DNA of 64,000 nt from Haliotis rufescens (lineage: Eukaryota). The stretch lies in assembly GCF_023055435.1 (NCBI RefSeq), contig NW_025964001.1, forward strand, positions 39,804,001 to 39,868,000, read 5' to 3'. The translations under genes and the position numbers were made by a program. The notes beneath the pieces are model-generated. The model made no database searches and was not told the DNA's origin. It saw only the letters and a list, made by a program, of their open reading frames with translations. This document shows, piece after piece, positions 50,005 to 61,591 of this stretch (positions within the stretch are counted from its first letter, which is position 1; the number at the start of each line of letters is the position of its first letter).

Positions 50005-52035
50005 GTAACTCACTCGATCCCTCATTCCAGTTAACTCACTCTATCCCTCATTCCAGTTAACTCATTCTATCCCTCATTCCAGTTAACTCACTCTATCCTT
50101 CATTCCAGATAACTCACTCTATCCCTCATTCCAGATAACTCACTCTATCCCTCATTTCAGATAACTTACTCTATCCCTCATTCCAGTTAACTCACTCTAT
50201 CCCCTTATTCCAGATAACTCACTCTATCCCCCATGCCAGTTAACTCACTCTATCCCTCATTCCAGATAACTCACTCTATCCCTCATTCAAGTTAACTCAC
50301 TCTATCCCTCATTCCAGATAACTCACTCTATCCCTCATTCCAGTTAACTCACTCTATCCCTCATTCCAGTTAACTCACTCTATCCCTCATTCCAGTTAAC
50401 TCACTCTATCCCTCATTCCAGATAACTCACCCTATCCCTCATTCCAGTTAACTCACTCTATCCCTCATTCCAGATAACTCACTCTATCCCTCATTCCAGT
50501 TAACTCACTCTATCCCTCATTCCAGTTAACTCACTCTATCCCTCATTCCAGTTAACTCACTCTATCCCTCATTCCAGATAACTCACTCTATCCCTCATTC
50601 CAGATAACTCACCCTATCCCTCATTCCAGTTAACTCACTCTATCCCTCATTCCAGATAACTCACTCCATCCCTCATTCCAGATAACCCACTCTATCCCTC
50701 ATTCCAGATAACTCACTCTATCCCTCATTCCAGATAACTCACTCTATCCCTCATTCTAGTTAACTCACTCTATCCCTCATTCCAGATAACTCACTCTATC
50801 CCTCATTCCAGTTAACTCATTCTATCCCTCATTCCAGATAACTCACTCTATCCCTCATTCCAGATAACTCACTCTATCCCTCATTCCAGTTAACTCACTC
50901 TATCCCTCATTCAAGTTAACTCACTCTATCCCTCATTCAAGTTAACTCACTCTATCCCTCATTCCAAATAACTCACTCTATCCCTCATTCCAGTTAACTC
51001 ACTCTATCCCTCATTCCAGATAACTCACTCTATCCCTCATTCCAGATAACTCACTCTATCCCTCATTCCAGTTAACTCACTCTATCCCTCATTCAAGTTA
51101 ACTCACTCTATCCCTCATTCAAGTTAACTCACTCTATCCCTCATTCCAAATAACTCACTCTATCCCTCATTCCAGTTAACTCACTCTATCCCTCATTCCA
51201 GATAACTCACTCTATCCCTCATTCCAGATAACCGACTCTATCCCTCATTCCAGATAACTCACTCTATCCCTCATTCCAGATAACTCACTCTATCCCTCAT
51301 TCCAGTTAACTCACTCTATCCCTCATTCAAGTTAACTCACTCTATCCCTCATTCCAGTTAACTCACTCTATCCCTCATTCCAGATAACTCACTCTATCCC
51401 TCATTCCAGATAACCGACTCTATCCCTCATTCCAGATAACTCACTCTATCCCTCATTCCAGATAACTCTCTCTATCCCTCATTCCAGATAACTCACTCTA
51501 TCCCTCATTCCAGATAACTCACTCTATCCTTTATTCCAGTTAACTCACTCTATCCCTCATTCAAGTTAACTCACTCTATCCCTCATTCCAGTTAACTCAC
51601 TCTATCCCTCATTCCAAATAACTCACTCTCTCCCTCATTCCAGTTAACTCACTCTATCCCTCATTCTAGATAACTCACTCTATCCCTCATTCCAGTTAAC
51701 TCACTCTATCCCTCATTCCAGTTAACTCACTCTATCCCTCATTCCAGTTAACTCACTCTATCCCTCATTCCAGTTAACTCACTCTATCCCTCATTCCAGT
51801 TAACTCACTCTATCCCTCATTCCAGATAACTCACTCTATCCCTCATTCCAGTTAACTCACTCTATCCCTCATTCCAGTTAACTCACTCTATCCCTCATTC
51901 CAGTTAACTCACTCTATCCCTCATTCCAGTTAACTCACTCTATCCCTCATTCCAGTTAACTCACTCTATCCCTCATTCCAGGTAACTCACTCTATCCTTC
52001 ACCCCACTCCAGGTAACTCAATCGATCCCCCATCC
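50005..52035. repeat. Minisatellite, 26-bp unit, about 77 copies
   Basis: Unit taactcactctatccctcattccag(t/a). Confidence 0.98.
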
Positions 52036-53056
52036 CATTCTTTCCCTCACCCCACGATGAATACACCCTGTTACCAGAGCGTGGTGCGTCCTCTTGCCTC
52101 ACCTTCATACAGCATCCCGTTCACCTTGTCCAGCACTATGTCAATGTACAATGAAAGATGTTATTTTCAGCCGTCCAGACAGCATTTATGTAGTTCATCC
52201 CCAAGCCTCTAACACGGGTCCGTATAGGTATTCACAGTCGGTCTTACCATCCCCTGTTGGAAGAAGTCCTCGTGAGTCTTCAGATGATAAGATTGAAGTC
52301 TAGTTTTTAAAGTACAGAAATGCATCTCTTGATGTAAATCATCTCCTTTCTCACAGCTTTATCCTTCATTAGGCGCTCCATCTTCTGTTATCAAGACGCT
52401 ACAGTTTTAGCGAAAATTATTTTCTTAAATGACATCATCTGGCTACTTTTTTTCTCGTATGTATTTCATCTATCCCTTGCATACATTTATAAAAAGTTAT
52501 TGCAATCCTATGGAGGTTGTCCAGTTGTGTGGTGGACTCACGTAGAGATTAAACTATTCACTGCTCATGCGTTTAGGATGTATCCAGGTCGACGATGTTA
52601 CCTAGCATTTGCTTCCATAACCGCCCGGCATCATCAAAGTCGGCCTCGTTAGTCGTGATTTATTTCTAGCGATAACTATACCATCTTAGACTTTAACAAC
52701 ATAAATCGAACAGTAAAGTGACTTTCCGTCTGAGTTCTCTCTCTCCAAGTGACACCCACATATTCACGGCCTGCCCTGTGTGTAGAAAGGAGCTGGAAAG
52801 TTCAGGACGTGGGTGGGTTTGTAGGCTTGGGGGCGGGGTTGTGAGCGTAGAAATTAGTGTAGTAGCGAAAAGGGGAGTAACGATTCATCGCTGCGTATGG
52901 GTATCTGATAGAACGACACGGTTGATAAGTTCCACGATGTGTGATTGTGGTGTCTTCACTCGACGTACAGCAATACTACAACATGTGGAAGATATCGCAC
53001 AAAACAATATTGCACTCCTATCTTTAATTGACTAATTAAACACGCTATTATATTCC

Positions 53057-53210
53057 GGGGAGGTGGGGTAGCCTAGTGGTTCGTTCGTCGAATAGACCCG
53101 GGTTCGATTCCCGACATGGGTACAATGTGTGAAGCCCATTTTTGGTGTCCCCCTGCCGTGATATTGCTGGAATATTGCTAAAAGCGGCGTAAAACCATAC
53201 TCACTCACTC
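53057..53210 (+). mobile_element. SINE family A
   Basis: A consensus with a small deletion in the tRNA head. Confidence 0.9.
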
Positions 53211-53643
53211 TATTCTATTGAAACAGTGATAGGGGAACGTGAAACTGACTGAGACAATGGCGAAAAGGTCCGTTAGAGGAAGTTCAGTAACTTATTTTTA
53301 TACATCGAGAGGCATATGGTATCGCAGCCATTTTAGCAATTAACATACTAAGTCAGATTTTTACGTACATCTTTAGAGGGATTACCATGTGAGCTACGGA
53401 TGACCCAACCATCGAAATCGAGTTGCATCCTTTAAGGCGTGCTAGCTCCAATGGGTTTAAATCCCAGATTCGACCTGATTATATTCTTGGTTTGTCTGCA
53501 CCACATTCGTCATTGTCATTTCAAAAAATGGTTACAACCCAATCTGTATCAATTGGTCCTTCCGCGATATGAATAAAATATTCATTTTACGCTGCGTTGT
53601 CAGAAATATCAGTGTGACAGTGTGGCGACTCTTCAAGAAGCAA

Positions 53644-53920
53644 GGGGCCGCCTCCGTGGGCTAGTGGTCGAGCGTCCGCCAGGAGAAGGGAAGGTTCGGG
53701 GTTCGATGCCCGGCCACGTCATCTTAAAAGACGTGTCTGGCGCTCGGCATTGGAGATAGAACAAGGACTTGTCGACTCGGAGTCAGTATACTGTCTGAGT
53801 GGGGTGTTCATGTAAAACTGTGGTATGGTATCTTAGTGGGATGGCACTATAAAATCGGCATTAGTCAGGACTATAGTTCAAACAGACACACACACGCACG
53901 CACGCACGCACGTACGCACG

Positions 53921-53961
<41 letters not shown>

Positions 53962-53990
53962 AGACAGCAGCACATATTAGCAGACATATG
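53644..53990 (+). mobile_element. SINE family D, diverged copy
   Basis: Head gcctccgtgggctagtggtcgagcg, body gactcggagtcagtatactgt, (CA)n. Confidence 0.87.
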
Positions 53991-54904
53991 CGACACGGTA
54001 CTGTAAGGTGAGCGGTTGTATGCTGGTGAGATACATGTCATTCTGCAATGGCCGTCAGCACCGCTGATAGCTTACTGGCGATGAAAGATGAGGAATACTT
54101 TGAACTTTGCCGGCCATGTTGAGTATCGCGAGGACTTGACGCACCTTGAGTTAAATTCCCGACTATCTCCGTATCAACTTAGTCTTCCTATTCGTCGTTT
54201 TCAAATCTCCATTTTTGATCAAAGTACAATTTGCAAAAACTTTCCTTTTATGATTAAAAAAACCAGTTTCTTTTACATGTTTTTATTCGACGACTTCTGA
54301 AGAAAGCTGTACATTTGGGAGACGCTAAAAAGTAGGAGATCAAAGCACCGATAGGACTCTAATCCGTGCCAGAGGAAATCCAACTCAGAACCGTCGTTGT
54401 AACGTCGTGGTACTCCTCAATGTCCAAGACGTCATTAGATTCTGGAAACGTTGTAGCTGGACGTTCATCGCTGGTTCCTATCCTCACCCGCCATTGATTA
54501 GCGTCACCCAACGGTCGGCCTTGTTTCGTTGTGAACGGCTGCTAAAAACGCTATGGATTTGTCAGCTTTTCTCTAATCAGCGAGTACAGTGCCTAAGATT
54601 CAGCCAAGAAAGCTTTGTTTATGAAAGAGGGTTGCAATCTTTACCTGGATCAAGCGGCCATTGAGCAACCGACTACGGTCGATGGAAATAAAAATATTTA
54701 ATCGTACCAATTACGGTAATTGAAATATCCTTTAACATGAATACCTCTGTTTGATGTTGTCTTATGTGACATCATTTGGTATGCCCTGAAGGCTGCGCAG
54801 CAGATTGCAGGACACTGACACTAGCAGACCACACAGGGCATGGGAGCAGCGGACGTCAGGAGTCATAACGTAATGATCAGTCGCAAGTTTTTAATGAAGG
54901 TTTT

Positions 54905-55950
54905 AGTTGTGTTGTAGAAGGAGTGTGTTGTAGTGTTGTAGAAGGAGTGAGTGGTAGTGTTGTAGAATGTGTGAGTGGTAGTGTTGTAGAAGGAGTGTGT
55001 TGTAGTGTTGTAGAAGGAGTGAGTGGTAGTGTTGTAGAATGTGTGAGTGGTAGTGTTGTAGAATGAGTGAGTGGTAGTGTTGTAGAATGAGTGAGTCGTG
55101 TTGTAGAAGGAGTGAGTGGTAGTGTTGTAGAATGTGTGAGTGGTAGTGTTGAAGAATGAGTGAGTGGTAGTGTTTTAGAATGAGTGAGTGGTAGTGTTGT
55201 AGAATGAGTGAGTGGTAGTGTTGTAGAATGAGGGAGTGGAAGTGTTGTAGAAGGAGTGAGTGGTAGTGTTGAAGAATGTGTGAGTGGTAGTGTTGTAGAA
55301 GGAGTGAGTGGTAGTGTTGTAGAATGAGTGAGTGGAAGTGTTGTAGAAGGAGTGAGTGGTAGTGTTGAAGAATGTGTGAGTGGTAGTGTTGTAGAAGGAG
55401 TGAGTGGTAGTGTTGTAGAAGGAGTGAGTGGTAGTGTTGTAGAATGTGTGAGTGGTAGTGTTGAGGAATGAGTTAGTGGTAGTGTTGTAGAATGTGTGAG
55501 TGGTAGTGTTGTAGAAGGAGTGAGTGGAGTGTTGTAGAAGGAGTGAGTGGTAGTGTTTTAGAATGTGTGAGTGGTAGTGTTGTAGAAGGAGTGAGTGGTA
55601 GTGTTGTAGAACGAGTGAGTGGTAGTGTTGAAGAATGTGTGAGTGGTAGTGTTGTAGAAAGAGGGAGTGGTAGTGTTGTAGAATGAGTGAGTGGTAGTGT
55701 TGTAGAATGAGTGAGTGGTAGTGTTGTAGAATGTGTGAGTGGTAGTGTTGAGGAATGAGTTAGTGGTAGTGTTGTAGAATGTGTGAGTGGTAGTGTTGTA
55801 GAATGAGTGAGTGGTAGTGCTGTAGAATGTGTGAGTGGTAGTGTTGTTGAATGAGCGAATGCTAGTGTTATAGAATGGTCGAGTGGTAGTTTTGTGAAAT
55901 GAATGAGTGCTGGTGTTGAATAATGAATGAAAGCTACTGTTGTAGAATAG
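54905..55950. repeat. Minisatellite, 24-bp unit
   Basis: Unit gtagtgttgtagaatgagtgagtg. Confidence 0.97.
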
Positions 55951-56863
55951 ATAATTGAAGTATAAATGTATATGTTATATTTGTATGATTTGATATGTAT
56001 CGATGCAGATAACTGAACTATCGGAGATCTGCACCATATGAATAGGTCATTAACCTATAGAATAATAATCTAATGCATATTGCAGTGTCTATACTGATGA
56101 TGAAAGGCTACGTAACGGCGTATATCGAAAGCAGCATAAACATTTAGCGTTAATGCCCCAAATATACTTCTCTAGCTAAAAAGAACACCCTATACTTGCC
56201 TTGAGTGATCCGTTGCTTTGAACATTACCTGCTTGTGAGGCAAATTTAACCGTTATAGAGACGTCGCGAACAATAATAACAATTGTCACTGTGGCATTCG
56301 ATGTTAATGCCAAGGAATCATTATTCTGTAATAAAACGAAAACATCACTAAATATATGTTCAACCTTTCAACTCACAACGTTGCGATATTTCAAGTTTAT
56401 ATTATTATTCAGAAACGATAAACCTGTTATCCCTTTTTAAAACCCCCATCAAATTTCATTTTGTCGTAGCTGCTCAGTTCATTCATCCAGATATACACTT
56501 GATGTCAATAATAATGGATAATAATTTCAATAAAAACAGTCTGGATACTCCGAAAAAGCTTCAAAGGTTGTTCTCGGTTTGCATAACGTTTGATCACCAG
56601 TATACAAGCCACTGAAGGATAAAACCTTAAGCTGGCATTGCTTTTTGCCATGTTTGAATATCAATTATGACCCTGTATTTATTCAGACTGAGTGCTACCG
56701 TTTTAACTCCATAAGTATTGATGTCTCGTTTAAAACGATGCCCCGAGAATATCCTTATCGGGACTATAGTTCAAATATCTCGATATAGCTTGTCCCGAAT
56801 TACAGATAAATAGACACATAGTCAATGGTCCCAAAGTCTTCAGGTTAACTGGGTTTCGTTGTA

Positions 56864-57028
56864 CAGTAAACTACGGTTATAACAAACTAAAAGGGACCAG
56901 TTCGCTATAACCGTCGTTCGTTGTAGGCACATATACAGCCCATATACAGCAAATTGACGGGTCCCCAAAACGGTTCGTTATATCCGTCAGTTCGGTATAA
57001 GCGTGTTCGTTATAAACGTAGTTTATTG
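56864..57028. mobile_element. pogo/Tigger-like MITE, same family as 13360-13534, opposite orientation
   Basis: cagtaaactacggttataac...gttcgttataaacgtagtttattg with TA flanks. Confidence 0.9.
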
Positions 57029-58902
57029 TATATCGATACATTAGAGGTAGTCTTGCTATTAATGTAGTGTTAAGTTTATTTCAATGTGATTATGTAATGT
57101 TAACATGTCTAACTATGTTCTTGCAACAGAATTGTTGTTCCAATAACAACTGAAACTAATGGGAGGAGAGACAAGAGACAGGGACTAGTTGACAGAAAGA
57201 AAACAGGGTTTTCTTCTCCTTTGTCAAAATTACTATTCAAGCTCAAACGTAATGAATGTGCAGTGGTCTCCAGTGGAATCAGTGGCAGTTTCTTTCCAAT
57301 TTGGCAAACACGACAGGTCTGATGTCGTTGAGAGAGGAGCGCATGTCTTTAGGGTATGCAGCAAGATGTCGTAATACAGCTTCCCAGTCCGTCCACCTGT
57401 GCGACCATGTTGTAATAAACTGGTGAAATAGCTCCAGGTCGCTTGCGCTGGACGTCAGTGATCGATAACTTGCGTGCTATAATTGTATCACTCCGCGGTC
57501 AGTTACACGAGATATAGAGATGGTGCAAGGTCAAACAAGCATTAGGACATCAAAGCAGGTTGTCATTGGTCGCGGGAGTGCAGCGAACGGCTCATTGGCA
57601 TGAGCGAAGTTCGACCACTCTCAGAAACCCGGCGCATGCATGTGTAGCCCGAATATACAGGCCTGTCGATTACATAAACCTAAGCACGTGACACGTGGCA
57701 CAATTCATATATCTATGTAAAAGGGCTAATCATATTTGTTTGACATAAATCCTATTCTATTAGTCAGGAGAAAATATATAAATATTAATATTTAGTTTTG
57801 ATCTCATACAATAGATATATACACACGACCACAATGAAAACGTGATTTTTGTGAAAGATTCCGACGAATGGATGTTGGTTAAGGTAATATCTAACGGCTG
57901 CGTTCAAAAGTCAAATTCACATGCTGAGAGCGGAGAGGCCTGGATGTTCGTGCTATGGTCACTGCAGCGTTGAGGCCGCATACAGGAGACTGATTAGACA
58001 CGAACGGGTCAAGTGGGAAGGCACGATACCGAGAGAGAATCGATACACTTGAAAAAACAAACCTCAATTTGTTTAAATTTCCATTTCTAGAAGCACCTTT
58101 AACATTTAAGTCCAGTCTGATTAAAGCCAGACCAGAGTAACGGTCAATATCTAACTGTAGGCGCAGTGCATTCAATCTCACATCTAACCCCATTGATTTC
58201 ACGTCAAAGTCTAACTTTTTATATACATGTCTTAATATGCCTGGTTGCCACCTTTCCACGGCATCAGCCACTGCAGCGGGACTTCACGCTGTCAGAGCTA
58301 CCCCTTTATTTTCAAATCAAACGTATACCTGTTTAAGATCTTTTATTTCACTTCACCAGGCTACGTGTTTTTTGGAGGCAAGAAAATTAAATGCAACAAA
58401 GAATTTACAAGAAGAAATTGCCACGTTCTTTTTAGAAAAATACTTTGTATTCTTTGCGGTGTAGACAAGTTTTTTTTCTTTTCTTTGAGTGCATAGAGAT
58501 GTGCATGTACTGTTAACCGGGGTCTTAACACGGCTTCTCGCTGCCTCCTCTATGTGCACGGAGAGATACACTGGTGCTTGGTCGATGCGTTTAGGTGCGT
58601 TGATGCAGCAGGGTCGATATAAGTCTTAACCTGCTCTTTACCTTTGAAAATATTGATAAGTTTGTAATATTTTATTGACTCGTTTGCAATAGTTTAAAAA
58701 AAATAAAAATGAATTCGGTATTTTTGTGTACACCGTGCAAAGGGGGTCCGTGGCAGAATAGTACCCATTGTGTGGTGGTTAGCTGGCGGCGGATAGTGAA
58801 CAGGTGGGTGGAATGAATGCCATTGGTGATTGTGTGTCACCGTGCCATCACTGATCGCTGTTTATGCCCCCGACACCAGTTTAACTGGCTCCGCCCCAAT
58901 TA

Positions 58903-59130
58903 TTTGTTTGTTTGTTTGTTGTTTAACGCCTCAATATTTCAGCTTAATTACGTCCGTTTGTAAATAATTGGCCTGGACCAGGCAATCAAGTGACCGATAT
59001 CATGAGCATCGATGCAATTGGACATGCATCAACCAAGTCGTCGAGCAAGACCACCCGACTCCTTTAGTCGCCTTTTGCGACAAGCATGAGTTGGGGAAAA
59101 CCAATTCTAACCAAATTCAATCTCCACGTG
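58903..59130 (-). mobile_element. Family C, diverged copy
   Basis: (tttg)n tail, catgagcatcgat, ttagtcgccttttgcgacaagcat; another old C copy lies at about 59212-59460 (+). Confidence 0.82.
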
Positions 59131-59659
59131 GTCCAACACGATAAATCACGTGTCTTGTGACATAGCTGGAATGTCGTTGACTGCAACGAAAAACAACATT
59201 CACTCATAACCCTATGTGGAATCCGGGTTAGAATAGGTCCCCACCAACCTTTGCTTGTAGAGACGACTGGATGGATTGGGTGATCAGTGAGTGGCGTGGT
59301 GAGTGGGGCATTGTACCCGATGGTACAGGTTGTATTGGGAATGTTCTGTTAAATATATTGGTATGATTTATAACTGCAGTCACTGGTTCGACGATTTACA
59401 TGTCGAAGTATTGCAGACTGATGTTTTTAACAAACAAACAAACAAACAAACAAACAAACAGAGTTTAGAGGGACAGTAAGAATTATTTAGAAACTTTTAG
59501 GGGCTTGTTTCTCAGATGGGCCTGTTTGTCAGTATCTCCACTGTGATCTATACTCATTACCATTGCGGTCTTAGCAGCCTAATGTTTTTACATGTTAATA
59601 GTGGATATCGTGCATAAATTAAAATATTTCCATAACCTTAATAATAAAATATCTACTAA

Positions 59660-59785
59660 AAGCAGAATCTATTGTACGATCCCGACTATATCATGAGCAT
59701 GTGTTCATGAATCACTACCAAGTAATGATGACACCAGGTGTTCGCGAAAAGGTGAGCGTATCCTGCTCCACCGGTGCCACCCGTC
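59660..59785 (-). mobile_element. Dispersed repeat family E
   Basis: Reverse complement aligns to 2656-2775 and extends it 5' (gacgggtggcaccggtggagcagg). Confidence 0.7.
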
Positions 59786-60479
59786 ACAAACACATGCAAA
59801 GGAAAGTCAACTGTTCACCTAAAAAAAACAACATGGGGACATAAGGCCCTAGCTGTAACGCCGTATAACAGCAGATTTGTAGCATGTAAGACAAATATAC
59901 CGACATTTGTGAAACATTAGCATATGATCCAAGACGTCGATAAGGAAAGAATTAAAAATGAAAAACGTCAATTCTCAGACTCCATGACATAATTCCATCT
60001 GCTTAAGTGGAATATTTATCTTCAAAGAGAAACCAAACTATTATTTTTTTGAGAAAACTTTTTATGCCGCGGGAGACTTTCAGAGAATTCCTTCGGCAAG
60101 CCGAAAGGGAATTTGACAGTTTGACATGCTAGAATTCACTGTTGTTCCACATGTCAATCACAAAACTCGATTGTCGTGGGACCACGTGACCTAACGTCTG
60201 ATGGAAGCTATTCGTTCGTGCAAGAAGTGTTAGAATGTGCACACTGCGCATGTGCAGTGTGCTTTTGTCCACCATGGTCTTAGACATGATCAGACCATGA
60301 TTGTGTTTCAATCTTTCTAAGTCAGCAAATATGGGAGCGAGATAGGAGTATGTTTGTTGGACATAAAAGGTGACTTTTTATCAAAGCACATGGAACAATC
60401 CTATGTATTAGGAGAATATCTAGAACTGTTGGAAAGGTGGTTCTTGTGGCAGTACAACACAAGTCACGGTGTTGAAAAG

Positions 60480-60915
60480 ACGTGGGGATTTCGGGTAAGG
60501 ATGTAGGTCCCCAGCAACCAAGCTTCTCATAAGAGGCAGGGGGCACGGGTGGCCCAGTCGTCTTAGGCGCCGCGATTCGCTGTGCAGAGTTGGCACGCCA
60601 GAAACCTATGATTGTGGGTTCGAATCCTGATTCGCCCCGATTATGTTTCTAGGTTTGTCAGCACCATACCCGTGCTCGTGGGTTTCACCGAAATGGTAAA
60701 CGTCTGAGACCTGCATCACATCGTGCTTTCCTCTAACATTAAGCTGACGATATACCTTGAATACTGTTAAAAGCGGCGTTAACCCAACTCACTCACTCAC
60801 TCATAAGAGGCGACTAAATGGATCAGGCTCGGTGACTTGGTTGATTCCGTATCACCCTATCGCAGTTGAAAGAACGATGCTCGTGATGTCAATCACTGGA
60901 TTGTCTGCTCCAGAC
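60480..60915 (+). mobile_element. Family C copy interrupted by SINE B and followed by SINE A
   Basis: C head to 60537; resumes at 60800 (aagaggcgactaa...atcactggattgtctg). Confidence 0.82.
60538..60799 (+). mobile_element. SINE family B nested in family C
   Basis: TSD ctcataagaggc at 60526-60537 / 60800-60811. Confidence 0.93.
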
Positions 60916-60919
60916 GCTG

Positions 60920-61083
60920 GCAGAGGTGGGGTAGCCTAGTGGTATAAGCATTCCTTAGTCACGCCGAAGTCCCGGGTTCGATTCCCCATATGGGTACAAT
61001 GTGTGAAGCCCATTTCTGTTGTCCCCCGCCGTGATATTGCTGGAATTTTGCTAAAAGCGGCGTAAAACCATACTCACTCACTC
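60920..61083 (+). mobile_element. SINE family A
   Basis: Full-length match to the A consensus. Confidence 0.9.
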
Positions 61084-61591
61084 GCTGTAAAGTTGCAGTG
61101 GTAACACCTGTTATTCACAAACCAGATACAAATGAAGAGTGTGGGTTACTTCCCCTTAGTTCGTTACATCCGAAATAAATGCACACATTATTCAATCTTC
61201 TGCATCGTTGACCCCGGATTCTTACACAAATGGGAACTACATTTCTTAAAATGTTGTACAGTTCACCTATAAAAAAATATATATTATTGCATTGTGCCTT
61301 GTTCACTTTAAAAAAAATCTTTACCACAGGGACTGTGCAAATCAAGATTTTAATATTCAGTTTACAAGATTAATGGAAACTTGGTAGAAAGTACTTCAAA
61401 ATATTCCATTTAACGGGGTTATATTAATGGATGAGGTCGGCGCTGCCATCACTCGTGTGTATTTGTTTCGCAACACTTCGGAAGATGGTTATTGTTAGGA
61501 GTTTGTTACATTCTACCCATGCCAGTAGATTGATGAGGTTAGTACGATCTAGTAGTTGATGCTCTGGATGATTAGCAGGTAAAACCAACAT

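Noticed and set aside
56765-56861. Second, older MITE adjacent to the pogo-like MITE
   Set aside because: Termini too degraded to define TIRs by eye
58750-58790. Partial similarity to miR-34 (gtggttagctgg)
   Set aside because: Seed region is not contiguous and no precursor hairpin is evident
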